A DNA stretch of 64,000 bases. It comes from the human T2T-CHM13v2.0 reference genome, Homo sapiens. The notes beneath the pieces were generated by a model, which made no database searches, had not been told where the DNA came from, and was given only the letters and a program-made list of their open reading frames with translations. Of the stretch, positions 1-18,346 are shown piece after piece (positions within the stretch are counted from its first letter, which is position 1; each line of letters begins with the position of its first letter). Location of the stretch: the NCBI RefSeq assembly GCF_009914755.1, contig NC_060940.1; one strand, written 5' to 3'. Both the position numbers and the translations under genes were made by a program.

Positions 1-424
1 ATACACGTCTGTCACAAAGGCTCCTATATGACTAATATTTGAAAGTTTGCTAGAGGGATTGGTGTTTCAGAAACCCAGCAATGGAAGGAGCGACTGTGTA
101 CAGTGGAATTGATGGAAACAGAAGTGAGTGATTGAGGAGGTCCTTCCGTTTGTCCAGGCTGCATTGTTTTTTTTTTTTTTTTTGCCTTTTTAAAAATTGA
201 TTTTGACTGTTTTTTTGTCATTCAATTTTTCTTCTCTACCAGTTTGGGACTTACATTCTTGTTAATAGTCCTTTAGGAAGATTACCTTAGAAATTACAGC
301 CTGTATTAAGTTAGCAAAGTCCAAAGTTAGTCAGTACCTGTGTTCTCTTCAGGAGAGTTTTTCTTCATTTTCCATTTTCCATACTCTTACAGTTTTAAAA
401 TGCATTATCACTAATAAATATGTA

Positions 425-745
425 CAGTAGATCCCCCTTATCAATGAGGGATGCATTCCAAGACCCCCGAGTGGTTGTCTGAGACCACAGATAGTGCTGA
501 ACCCTGTACATACTGTGTGTTTTTACTATACATCCATACCCATGATAAAGTTTAAGTTCAGCACAGTAAAAGATTAACGACAATAACTGATAATAAAACG
601 ACGATAACAATATACTGTAATAGTTATGTGAATGTGGTCTCTCTCAAAATATCTTACTTTACTGAACTCACCTATTTTCGGACTGCAGTTGACCATGGGT
701 GATAAAACCACAGAAACCAAAACTTCAGATAAGGGGTAGCTACTA
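425..745 (-). mobile_element. MER44-type (Tigger7-derived) non-autonomous DNA transposon
   Basis: Terminal inverted repeats CAGTAGATCCCCCTTATC / GATAAGGGGTAGCTACTA with TA target-site dinucleotides. Confidence 0.8.
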
Positions 746-776
746 TATACACAATATGTCTTTTTTTGATATATGT

Positions 777-885
777 TGGATGGATGGATGGATGGATGGA
801 TGGATGGATGGATAGATGGACAGATGGATGGACAGACAGATAGGTAGATAGATGATTGATAGACAGGCAGGTAGGTAGGTAGATA
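777..885. repeat. (TGGA)n/(TAGA)n/(TAGG)n compound microsatellite
   Basis: Direct reading. Confidence 0.95.
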
Positions 886-1694
886 GTGTTCATTTAGATT
901 TGCCACTTTCTTCGTTCTTCCTTCTTAACTCCTCAGACTTTCCACCTAGGATCATCTCCCTTCTCTCTGAAGTTCATCCTTTTGAATTTCCTTTAATATG
1001 GGTCTTTTGGTGGACAACTCTCAGATTTGATTGCCTGCAAATGTCATTATTTTGTCTTCATTCGTAAAGGATATTTTTGCTGAGTATAGCATTTCAGCTT
1101 TGGTATTTATCATTTTTCAGCACATTGAAGTCATTCCACTGACTTCTGCCTTCCATTGTTGTGAAGTCAGTGGCAAGTCTAAAAAATCTCTTCTCTGGTG
1201 TGTATTTAAAATTTTCTTATTATTTTCCATCTTTTTGTCTCACTGTGCTGTTTTCTTGATTATTATCTTTTGATTTATCTTCTTTTCTCCTTAACTCTGA
1301 TTAATCTGCTATTACATTTATCCATTGATTTTTTTTTTTTAATTTCTACAAATTCTTGTCTTTTTACAGGAGAATAACTTAATCCACCATTACCTTCAAA
1401 TCCTCTCTTATTTCTATAGTTCCCTGTTACCTGGAGTTATCTTCCAGTTAATTTTTATTTTTTAAACATGATAAGCATTTGTTTAAATTATCTTTGTTTT
1501 TTAAATAAATTTTAGACTTTATTCTTCATCACCCAACTTGAAAAAAATCATCTTTCTGGTTACTATAATATTTGAAATCTTTGCAAGACTACTTCCTATG
1601 ATCTGCTTCTGCTGGTCTTTTCTTAGAGTCTAATTTTTGGTATGTGTGATATCTGTGGCTGCATGCTGCTCATTTATTAAACATTATTTGTAGC

Positions 1695-2001
1695 GGCCGG
1701 GCGCAGTGGCTCACACCTATAATCCCAGCACTTTTGGAGGCTGAGGCGGGTGGATCATTTGAGGTCAGGAGTTTGAAATCAACTGGCCAACATGGTGAAA
1801 CCCCATCTCTACTAAAAGTACAAAAAGTAGCTGGGTATGTGGTGGCATGTGCCTGTAATCCCAGATATTCAGGAGGGCGATGCAGGAGAATCGCTTGAAC
1901 CCAGGAGGCAGAAGTTGCAGTGATCTGTGATTGCACCACTGCCCTCCAGCCTGGGCGACAGAGCAAGACTGTCTTTAAAAAACAAAAAAAATCAAAAAAA
2001 A
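1695..2001 (+). mobile_element. Alu (S-type), full length
   Basis: GGCCGGGCGCAGTGGCTCAC start, A tail, TSD ATTATTTGTAGC at 1683-1694 and 2002-2013. Confidence 0.95.
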
Positions 2002-2444
2002 ATTATTTGTAGCAATAACTTTCTGCCTTAGATGTCCTGGGATGTTAGAATCTAAGGCTTAGATTAAGGTCCTTCTACAGAAGTTTTGCATTTGTTTCTG
2101 CCAGTTGACTGAAAACACTACTAATTTGGTATTAACTGTAAGTTAAGTTCAAGGCTCATGATTTCCCAGATAGCAAGGAGATTTAAATCTGAGTACGAAT
2201 TCTGGTTGGCCTTCATCCTGACAGTGTAGAACTTTGGAGAGGATCTCCTGCCAGAAGCCACGTTTTCTGTGGACCTGGAGCTTAAACTTCTGTCTTTTTC
2301 ATCCCCAGGACAAAAGGTTTAAATTTTCCTAGATTAGAAATGCCCTCAGTGTAAAATGGTTTTCATGCTTGATAACCTCTGTAGGTCCTAATTTTCCCTT
2401 CAGTTTTGCCTTGTTATCTTGTTGGCTTCTCCTCTTCTAAGAAG

Positions 2445-2729
2445 ATTATTATTGTTGTTATTTTTGAAACAAGATCTCACTTCGTTGCCCAGGCTGGAGT
2501 GCAATGGCATGATCACAGCCCACTTCAGCTTCACACTCCTGGGCTCAAGCGATCCTCCCATTTCAGCCTCCTGAGTAGTTGAGACTATAGACAAATACCA
2601 TAATGCCCGGCTAATTTCATTATTTTTTGTAGAGATGAAGTCTTGCTGTGTTGCCTCCTATGAACCTCCTGGGCTCAAGCAGTCCTTGTAGCTTGGCTTC
2701 CAAAAGTGCTGAGCCACCACCACCCGGCT
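2445..2729 (-). mobile_element. Alu (J-type)
   Basis: Reverse-complement Alu consensus; AAGATTATT on both flanks. Confidence 0.9.
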
Positions 2730-3251
2730 AAGATTATTTTTTAAATGTTTTATCCAGCAAATTGTTTTTTGCAGAAGAATAACCTAATACGCCATTACAT
2801 GAAATCGGAAGTTCAGTTGCTCTTAGATCCTGTTTTGAATAGAAAGTGCACACGGATGCCTCAGATCTGGGTATTCCTGGGGTCTAGAATGAACAGATGT
2901 GCGCTGCGGTGCAAAAGTTGTATGAGAATCCCAGAGGCTGAGAGGGAATAGAAGAGATGAATTGAGATGGCCCAGAGTTGCCTGGTGACTGAGCGGGTGA
3001 CGCCAGGCTTCCTTTTTCATTGTAGGGTGGTGGAAATCCCCTCAAAGACAGTAATGAGTAAAGCAAAATGGTCAAAGTGATGGTTTGGCTCCATCACCAA
3101 GGATCCAATGGGATGTGATAAAAGCCCTGAATCCAAAGAGAACATTGTTGTCATCAGAGAGTTTCTTCAGATGCTGTTTCTATATATGCTGTGGCGTTTA
3201 TGGGTGTTGAAGACTCACATTTCATATTTGTGTTTCCTTTGATCTTTGCAG

Positions 3252-3364
3252 AAGGATTTTTGTTTGTATTCGGGGGCCAAGATGAAAATAAGCAGACTCT
3301 TAGCTCAGGAGAAAAGTATGATCCAGATGCAAATACATGGACAGCATTGCCACCTATGAACGAG
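3252..3364 (+). CDS. GAN: Gigaxonin coding exon 6 (113 bp), Kelch repeat region
   Basis: tttgcAG|AAGGATTT...AACGAG|GTaaaa; encodes (E)GFLFVFGGQDENKQTLSSGEKYDPDANTWTALPPMNE with Kelch GG/Y/W signature; recognised as gigaxonin. Confidence 0.97.
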
Positions 3365-4250
3365 GTAAAACACTAGTTGGTTGGTTTGTTTGATGTGTTT
3401 CTCTTTCCCCTTAGCGCTTCTGTTTGTTTTGTGTTTGAGTTCAGGGAAGAAACGGCAGCCTTGTCAAGCCACCTGCCTCATTCGCTCCAACCTCTCCTTC
3501 TAGTGCCCGGCTCTCCTCCCCTTCCTGGCCCTCACTCCTTCTGGCCTCCATGAGTTTCTGAAATCTTCCAGGAATGCCCTCACCCCAGCCTTCACATTTA
3601 TCCTGCCCTGTGCAGATGCCAGCGTGGCCTGCCCCCTCCTCGCAGCACCTTCTCAGCGGGCCTCCCTCCTGCCTCTTAGCTTTCCTGTCCCCGTCTTCGT
3701 ACGACGTCTCACCATCTCACGGACCAGGCATTTAAAGTTTTTCACATAAGCTCTTTGATGGCAGAGAATTACATGTGTTCTGGTCAGTATTTCATTTTCA
3801 GCACTAGAATCGTGCTTGGCACGTAGGGTTTACTACATAAATATTCATTGACAAACGGACATGAAACACCTAGGGCTTCTATGATCCCAAATAGCCTTGG
3901 CCTGACCCTGTCCTCCACAGCCCTTTCTGCCATAGTTTATACTAGCCTTTCCCACGTCAACTTGAAAACACTGCCCTTTGCTATGCAAAAATAATTGTAT
4001 TGAACCAGAGGTAACAGTTCATTTTCTTGTTGTGAGCTATTATGGGTTAAAAAGTGAGGATTTTCTGATGAACTCACCATGTATTTCTTAAGTTTGTTTT
4101 GAGAAGTGCCTTTGGCCTCTCTGGCTGTTGTGCTGGAAGAGTGGGCTGTTAGGGAAGCCAGAAATCTTTAAGAAGCATTACCGGAGAAATGGTTTTGAAC
4201 GTGGTACTTCCATGCTGGAACACTGGGAAAAAAGATTTCTCTAATTTTTA

Positions 4251-4458
4251 AAAATAGTTTCAACTTTTATTTTAGACTCGGGGATACATGTGCAGGTTTG
4301 TTATGTGTGTATACTGCATAATGCTGAGGTTTGCAGTAAGATTAATCCAGTCTCCCAGGTACCAAGCGTCGTACCCAATAGTTAGTGTTTCAGCCCTTGC
4401 TCCTCTCCCTGTCTCCTTGCTCTAGGAGTCCCCATTGTCTATTTTTGCCATCTTTATG
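4251..4458 (-). mobile_element. 5'-truncated L1 3' end (L1PB/L1MA-like)
   Basis: GATACATGTGCAGGTTTGTTA L1 3' UTR motif; perfect 15-bp TSD TTTCTCTAATTTTTA at 4236-4250 and 4459-4473. Confidence 0.88.
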
Positions 4459-4546
4459 TTTCTCTAATTTTTATTAAGTGTATGAATATCAGCTTTCAAT
4501 ATGATCATTGGCCTTGTGTGTTCAGGGATCGCTAATGTAATTTCAG

Positions 4547-4696
4547 GCAAGACATAACTTCGGAATTGTGGAGATAGATGGGATGCTGTACATTTTGGGA
4601 GGAGAGGATGGTGAAAAGGAGCTGATTTCCATGGAGTGTTACGATATTTATTCTAAAACCTGGACAAAGCAACCTGATTTGACCATGGTCAGAAAG
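4547..4696 (+). CDS. GAN: Gigaxonin coding exon 7 (150 bp)
   Basis: tttcAG|GCAAGACAT...AGAAAG|GTgagg; ARHNFGIVEIDGMLYILGGEDGEKELISMECYDIYSKTWTKQPDLTMVRK; phase 0/0, continues exon 6. Confidence 0.97.
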
Positions 4697-5035
4697 GTGA
4701 GGACTGCATTTTGTGATAACTAGTCTGTGTACACATTGGATTTTAAACTTAATGTGTCTTCATATCCTGAATAAACCTTTAATATAACTGATGGTGTTAA
4801 AAGAATTAACTTTATAGAACTCTCTTTATCGGTAGTTTGCCTTCACTGTCATCAGCCACACACCAAGATAGGAAAGTGAGCGTGTGTGAGAGTTTATCCT
4901 GCTTGTGGGCCCTGTGCAGCACCGCTGTGTGTCAAGCTCCACATTTGAGTGTGCAAATGGTGCAGCAGCCACATCTTCCCAACCTATTTTCTTTCTGTCT
5001 TTCCCTCTCTTACTCTCTCTCTCTCTTTCCTTTTG

Positions 5036-5564
<529 letters not shown>

Positions 5565-5726
5565 TTAAAGTCCGGTGTTGTAATACTGAAAAGCACCATC
5601 GTTTTACGGTTAGAAATCAAACCCCTTCCTAAATCTCTTTAAGTATGGCCCAGACAGTTTAATATCTGTTCACCTGACCTGAATGAGAAATGTTGCCTCT
5701 CCCCCACCATTGTTCTCTGCTTTCAG

Positions 5727-5863
5727 ATCGGCTGCTATGCAGCTATGAAAAAGAAAATCTACGCCATGGGTGGAGGCTCCTACGGAAAGCTTTTTGAGTC
5801 TGTAGAGTGTTATGATCCCAGGACCCAGCAGTGGACTGCCATATGTCCACTAAAAGAGAGGAG
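5727..5863 (+). CDS. GAN: Gigaxonin coding exon 8 (137 bp)
   Basis: tttcAG|ATCGGC...GAGAGGAG|GTacgt; IGCYAAMKKKIYAMGGGSYGKLFESVECYDPRTQQWTAICPLKER(R). Confidence 0.97.
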
Positions 5864-6102
5864 GTACGTGGCTGTGGGGTGGACTTTGTAGATTCCCTTG
5901 CTGTTCACTGGGTCTGGAGCCCCTTACCCTGCCTGGCTTTTGTTCTTTTCTTTCAGAGTAACCTTTTCTTTGACTTGGCATTTCCTGAGAAAGGAAGGCC
6001 CACGTAGTAATGCTGCAGAGTTAAACCAGCATAAGAGGAACGCGGGAGTGAGATCTCGCATTGTACAGCTTGTGCCTGATAACGCTGTGTGTGGCCTTTC
6101 AG

Positions 6103-6231
6103 GTTTGGAGCGGTGGCCTGTGGAGTTGCTATGGAGCTGTATGTGTTTGGGGGAGTCCGAAGTCGTGAGGACGCCCAGGGTAGCGAGATGGTAACTTGCA
6201 AGTCCGAGTTCTACCATGATGAGTTTAAAAG
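6103..6231 (+). CDS. GAN: Gigaxonin coding exon 9 (129 bp)
   Basis: ctttcAG|GTTTGGA...TTTAAAAG|GTaact; (R)FGAVACGVAMELYVFGGVRSREDAQGSEMVTCKSEFYHDEFK(R); phase 2/2 fits both neighbours. Confidence 0.97.
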
Positions 6232-6521
6232 GTAACTAAGAATGGTTTCACATAGCTACTGCAACTTTTTCTTTGTGCTTTCAGTCGTATTTTAGCTTTG
6301 TTTAGTTTTGTTTTCAGTCACTTTATTAAATTATGGATTTAGGAGATAACGTCTCATGCATACTAGATATTTATTCAGTGACTTCACAAGTGCTAGTAAC
6401 TTAAAATGTCTGCAAATAGAAAATATCTCTAATATGTAGATGAGATCTTGACACTTAGTTGCTTAAAATCATTTATTGGCTCCCTATAGCTTTTAGGAAA
6501 AAGTTTAAAACTCCTTAACTT

Positions 6522-6651
6522 GTTGGGCATGGTGGCTCACACCTGTAGTCTCAACATTTAGGGAGGTAGAAACTGAAGATTGCTTGAGCCCAGGAGTTAG
6601 AGATTTGCCTGGGCCACATAACAAGACCCTGTTCTCCAAAGAAAAATAAAT
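6522..6651 (+). mobile_element. Alu monomer (FLAM-like)
   Basis: Single Alu arm with TSD AAACTCCTTAACTT at 6508-6521 and 6652-6665. Confidence 0.85.
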
Positions 6652-7533
6652 AAACTCCTTAACTTAGCATATATAGCCTTTTGTGATATGGCCTTTGCTT
6701 TTTCTGCTACTGACCCAGATACTTTATACCGAGCCACTTTCCCCTGCAAACATGTGTGGTTGTCTCAGCTCTGTTCGTATTGCTGCTACTTGCCTAAAAG
6801 CTCCCTTCCCGCTGTCCATCCAGTTAGCTTGGCCTTTTTCAAAACTGCTTAGTTATCAAAACCTAGAGAAAGCCTTCTCATGCCTCCTAGTCTGATTTTT
6901 TATCCCTTCATCTATGATTCCATGCCCTCCAGACAAGTCTCTGGGGTTGTAGCTGTTAACTGCAAGCAACTTCAGGGCAAGGTCCACCTTCGTCAGCTCT
7001 GTATCCTGGCTTCCAGCATCCTACCTGTCTGTATCAGATGCTTAGTAAAATGTTGATTAAGTGGCTGAGGCTTGATTTCTGAGATTCTTAAAACCTCTGA
7101 CAAGTGCCACGTATGTCTTGTAGGGTAGATAACATCCTTCTCGATGTCTTCTCTCTTTCCTCACACATTTTATTGTTGTAACCACTGAGCAGTATTCTTA
7201 TTGCAGTAATATGTTTAAATCCTAAGGGGAAATTGCTGTGCTAAACGTAATTTTATTAGAGTAGTTCAGTCGTGCTACCAGAAGAGGGTGCCATAACATA
7301 ATGTTTAATTTCATGCTGTTTTAGATGAGGGCACGCAGTGAGCAGTTACAAAGATGCTGCAAATGCATGTAAATGCTGCCTAACATGTATTTTAAATTTA
7401 GGGTATTTGCATAGCCTTTTTTTTCAATTACAGGAATAGACTATCTTAGGAAAATTTATTAGAGAGCAGTTTAGAGAATACTTGCTGTGGTAGGGGCAGA
7501 TTTTCAGACTTCTCTACATTTTTCCTTCCTTGA

Positions 7534-8292
<759 letters not shown>

Positions 8293-8945
8293 GAGCACTT
8301 CCAAATAAAATTAATGTATATTCAGTTCCTTATTTCTAAGCTCTCTGATGTTTGTAAATAGAATGAAGAAAGCTGTTAATTTATCTTACCAATATAAGAT
8401 TCTAACATGTTTAGATAACATTAAACACACATATAACACCAAATGCCATGTATTTAATCTTCAAAACAGCACTCTGAAGCGCATGTAGGTACTGTTACTA
8501 TTCCTATTTTCCATATGAGGAAAGGGTGAGCGGTGTGCCCACAGACACACAAGGAGCAAGAAGCTGAGGTGGGATCTGAACTCAGGCGTTCTGGCCCCAG
8601 AGTCCACCTTTTCAACTACCACGCTAGATTGACTTAAAAATATAGGCTTTCCTATAACTATCGATAGAACAAAATAACATGTAGGAGTAGTTTATTTCTT
8701 AAAAGATCAGACGCAAATGTGTTATATTGGCATAGTGTGGAAACTGTAGTTGCCGGATGAGCAGTCCATATTTGATTGGAGACCATGTCGATTGTTTTTA
8801 AGTAATCTCTTGTCTTTCTTGTCTTTGTTCCCTATTTTTAGGTTAAAACTTTCTGGGAAAAAAGCCATATCTTATTCTTTTCTGTTTTTCTGAATAAAAG
8901 CAAAACTGCTTGAAAGGAAAGCAAAGAAATTGCCATAAAGTATTA

Positions 8946-9368
<423 letters not shown>

Positions 9369-9909
9369 GGGAATCATCTTGAATTCTGTCTTGTACTTTG
9401 CAACTCATCAGTTGCCAGGTCTGGTCCTTTTTTAAATCTTGGTAGCATTTTTCACATTTCCCACCTTCCCTGCCCCGCTGCTACCCTCACAGTTATTCCT
9501 GCATCTGTGTAGTGTCATTAGCCTCTGGCCAGCCTTGCCAGTGCAGTTACTTATTTGTGGTTTTGAAAGATGAACCTGACAAAAATTAGCCAGGCATAGT
9601 GGCACATACCTTTTTGCTCAGAGTTTTTGATTGCCCTTCTCAGAATTCTTGACTGTTTCCCACTGCTTACTAAACAAAGGTAATAGTTCTTAGCCACCTA
9701 CTCAGGGTTCTCCATGATTTGAGGTTAAGAAAAAGTTTCACCCTTTTTTAGTATCTTTCTTTCACATATCGTATACTCCAGCTCACTTTTTAAATCCTCT
9801 TGTGTTTTACTGCCTCCGTGCATTCGCTTAGCCTAGATGCCCCTCTACTTTAATTTTTTACAGTATATAAGTTAAATTAACTGTTCTTTGAAGTTGAGAT
9901 CTGTCAGTT

Positions 9910-11085
<1,176 letters not shown>

Positions 11086-11096
11086 CCCAACCACAT

Positions 11097-11530
11097 CTGT
11101 TTCAGTCATGGTCCAGTCAAGTGGCAAAAACCACACCAGTCTTTTGAACAGGGAAAATGTAATATATGTAATTACCACTAGTAAGAGACAGCTGCTAAAA
11201 GTGGGAAAAGAGGACTCTGAAAACTGTAGAAATAGCTAATGTAGGAAGCACAGCTGCTACCTTTAGGGCAGAGGGAAAACACCCAAGGAAGGAACAAATC
11301 AGGAAGTATTTTCCCCATCCCACAGGGCTGAGATTCATCCCATTGGAAGTGTGTGTGCTGAGGCCGCTGGAGAGTGTGCACCCCTGGTCTCCTGCATGCT
11401 GGTAGGAGCAAGCACAGGAGGAGTGAGAGGAAGGCAGCCGACAGCGGCATAGTGGCCCTTTGGCCCCTGGCCTTGCCAGTCTGCACCCTCTGTGAACAAA
11501 AGACCAGCTTCTACACTGGGTTCATTTCTC
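11097..11530. mobile_element. Old LTR-like segment (ERVL/MaLR class, subfamily uncertain)
   Basis: TGTTTCAGTCATGGTCCAGTCAAG...AAACCACACCAG resembles old LTR termini; recognised by eye only. Confidence 0.4.
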
Positions 11531-12740
11531 CCTAGTATTTTCTGTTTCATTGATTCCTACACTCATCTATATTACTTCCATCCTTTTACTTACTTTGGGT
11601 TTCTTTTACTCTTTTCTAGCTTCTTCAGGTAGAATTCTAGATTACTTATGGTAGATCTTTTGCTTTTCTAAGGCACACCATGAAAGCCTTCAACTTTCCA
11701 CAGAGCACCACTCTAGCTGGACATGCTGATATGTTTTTATTTTCATGACCATTCAGTCTGCAGTATCATTTTTCCTTCTTCAGATTGGATGGTTTCTGTT
11801 GCTCTGTCTTGTTTGCTGCTGCTTTCTTTTGTTATTTCCATCCAGTGAATTTTTTATTTCAAATTTATGTTAGTTATTTATTTATGTTAGTAATTCTAAA
11901 ATGTTTGTGTACTTTGTTTTTAGGTTTTTAAATTTTCTGTGCTGAAATTTCCTATCTTTCCATCACAAGCATATTTTCCTTTCCCTTACTGAGCATCACT
12001 GTGGTAGTTGTGTTCAAGTCCTTGCCTGTTAATTCCAGTATCTGAGTCATCTCAAGAGTTGGCGTCTATTGATTGTTTGCTCCCTTGAGAAATGGGTTCT
12101 AATTTTTCTGGCTCTTCTTCTGTTGAGGAGTTCTGGACTGAATCCTGGATATGGTTACTATTATGTTTTTGAAGCTTTGAATTTTCTTATATTGCTTTAG
12201 AGTGTTGCTCTGAGTTTTAGTCAGCAATTGACTTGGTTAGACTTAAATTGCAAGCTGTGCCACCTGCCATGGGTGGCAGCTGAAATCTCAGTCCAGTTCT
12301 CGAAGCCTCGGTCATAAGCATAGATGGTTCCCGGGTTAGTTGAAGACTTGAGATGAGTGGATGCGCACAAATTGAGGGGTGCTTCTCTACCTCTCCTCTT
12401 TCTCAGGTTCTCCACCACACTTTGGAGATCCTGGTTGCCCCAAGACCCCTTTTCCTGATTGCTGAGTCCTGTAGCCAGAAAGATGGCCATATTTTCTCTA
12501 GGGGTTTAGCTATCCAGAGCTGCCCCAGTGAGGCTGCCTTCAGAGAAAGCTACCAAGAAACAGGAAACTTAGTCCATATGGGTTGCTTGCTCAATTAACT
12601 TTCCATTTCTTTCCAGAATCTACCTGCTTTTCTTCAGTTTCCAGAGTGCTCAGGTAGTTGTAGTTTGTCCAGAGTTTACGGCTGACACTTGGAGCAACTG
12701 AGGAGCCATTTGTTAAGAGTTACTTCTGCCATACTGGAAG
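11530..12740 (-). mobile_element. Old L1M fragments
   Basis: T-rich, decayed antisense-L1 composition; boundaries approximate. Confidence 0.5.
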
Positions 12741-14184
12741 CAGACGCCTCACTACAGCTCTCTTTTTCTTTCCTCCTCTCCTTTCTCCTCAATTGATTGC
12801 CCTCTTTTCCTCTATAGCTCTCTTCCTCTCTCCTTTCCTGTCATTCCCCTTCTACTTCCCTGTCTCTGAAGTTCACTGTTGTAATCCATGCTGTATTTTA
12901 AAGCTTCAGACTCAGGGCAGTCTTAATTCTGAGTTACCAGAGGGTGCATCATTATAGCCCCCATGTACTGACAAGCCCGTTTGAAAACATTATAACTGAA
13001 GACATGATATTGCCTTGTTCATTGCAAAAATTAGTATCGTTTAATGATACCTTGTAAGTACTAGAAACTATGCAAAATACTTTACATTGATATTCATTTC
13101 ATCCTCACAACAGTCATTTGAGGTTGTTGATGGTATCTGGTATCTCACTCGACAGATGAGGAAGCAGGCTAGGATAGCTAAATTGTTCAGGGTCGGTGAG
13201 ATGATAAATGACATGTAAAACCTCATGGCCTTTTATACCTGTTTTATAAGCAGCAACACCTGAAGATGTGATTCAATTAAATTTTCAAATTAGTTCTGTT
13301 TCATTTGAAGCCTTGTCTTTACCTAAAATAGATCACCTACGCGTATTTTTCTGAAACCCAGGAACTGAATCATTGATGTGCTTGGGACAAAACCTGGTAG
13401 ATCATCTATGTAGTCCAGTTTCTTAGGTTAATACAGTCATTCCGGGGATGAACTATGTTGGTTGGTTTCATTCAGAATCTGGGAAGAACTTAAATGCCGA
13501 GATGTAGTTATTTATGTTTAGGCCTGAAGACGTGAAATGTGAATAAACCAGTATTGTAGTTTGATGTTTTTCAAACATTATCTTTCAAAGGTGTGTTCAG
13601 GGCCTCCATTTTCACTTTCAGCACAAGCTTTTAGATTTTTCCCTTTTCCATTTTATTGGAGGCATTTGGGAGGCAGGGGCCAAAATCTGTATCCCAGTCC
13701 CAGCAGACTACCTGACACCCATCAACATTCAGATGTTAGTTGAATCAAATGTAGATGAACGGCTTTAGAAACATGGTGCTTAGCTTTGTTTCTGAGTTGT
13801 TCTGTGGTCATTAGACTTTTGTGTTTATTGGAATTCAAAATGTGGAAGCCACCTGCCTTAGAAGAGTCTAGGAAGAGTATTCATTGAAATAAAAATGGTG
13901 TTCTTCAGGAAATAATTGTACATTTCTCTTTGACATTGAGATGCCCTGGCTGCTTCACAGCATAGAGTAGGGATGATGGAGTGATGACCATATGACTGTG
14001 TGCTCCAGTGAGGGTAGGCCTGGACCTTGGTAACTCTTAAGACCATTTAGATGCATTCCCAAGGTCCTCCTGAAGTCCACTGTGACCTGGCTATGCCTGT
14101 TAGCTATTAACAGACAATTGTTCATTTACATTACCCTGAGGGAACATTATTATTACATAGCAGGGTCTAGATTTACTCTTTAAG

Positions 14185-15570
<1,386 letters not shown>

Positions 15571-15574
15571 TTTA

Positions 15575-17845
<2,271 letters not shown>

Positions 17846-17968
17846 GGGTCGAGATTGGCACAGTGCCTGATACTGCTGATGACTCACCAAGCTTGCTGTG
17901 TCAGTCTTCCTAGATGTTGTTGTCATCCTTTTGATTTCCTTAATTTTGTGCATGGGCTTTGTTTTCAG

Positions 17969-18078
17969 GTGGATCTATCTTAACGACCAGAATTTATGCA
18001 TCCCCGCCAGTTCCTCTTTTGTTTATGGAGCTGTACCTATAGGAGCCAGTATTTATGTTATTGGAGATCTTGATACAG
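17969..18078 (+). CDS. GAN: Gigaxonin coding exon 10 (110 bp)
   Basis: ttttcAG|GTGGATC...GATACAG|GTaaga; (R)WIYLNDQNLCIPASSSFVYGAVPIGASIYVIGDLDT(G). Confidence 0.97.
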
Positions 18079-18164
18079 GTAAGAGTGTTACAGTGATTTT
18101 CTTGGAACTGTTTCCTGGTGATTCTGGGTACATTTTCTCACCCTTGCTTATTTCTGTGGCTTAG

Positions 18165-18346
18165 GTACCAATTACGACTACGTGCGTGAGTTTAAAAGAA
18201 GCACAGGAACCTGGCACCACACTAAACCACTCCTTCCATCCGACCTTCGCCGTACAGGATGTGCAGCCTTACGCATTGCGAATTGCAAGCTTTTCCGCCT
18301 GCAGCTTCAGCAAGGCTTATTCCGTATTCGTGTTCATTCCCCTTGA
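18165..18346 (+). CDS. GAN: Gigaxonin last exon 11, coding part (182 bp including TGA)
   Basis: ggcttAG|GTACCAAT...CCT TGA; (G)TNYDYVREFKRSTGTWHHTKPLLPSDLRRTGCAALRIANCKLFRLQLQQGLFRIRVHSP*, the gigaxonin C-terminus. Confidence 0.97.

Noticed and set aside
3191-3376. 61-aa ORF (and 17898-18164) as stand-alone small genes
   Set aside because: They are GAN exons read through into flanking intron sequence.
5924-6217. Antisense ORFs over exon 9, and 18222-18521 over exon 11
   Set aside because: Short shadow ORFs with no recognisable domain, promoter or splice support.
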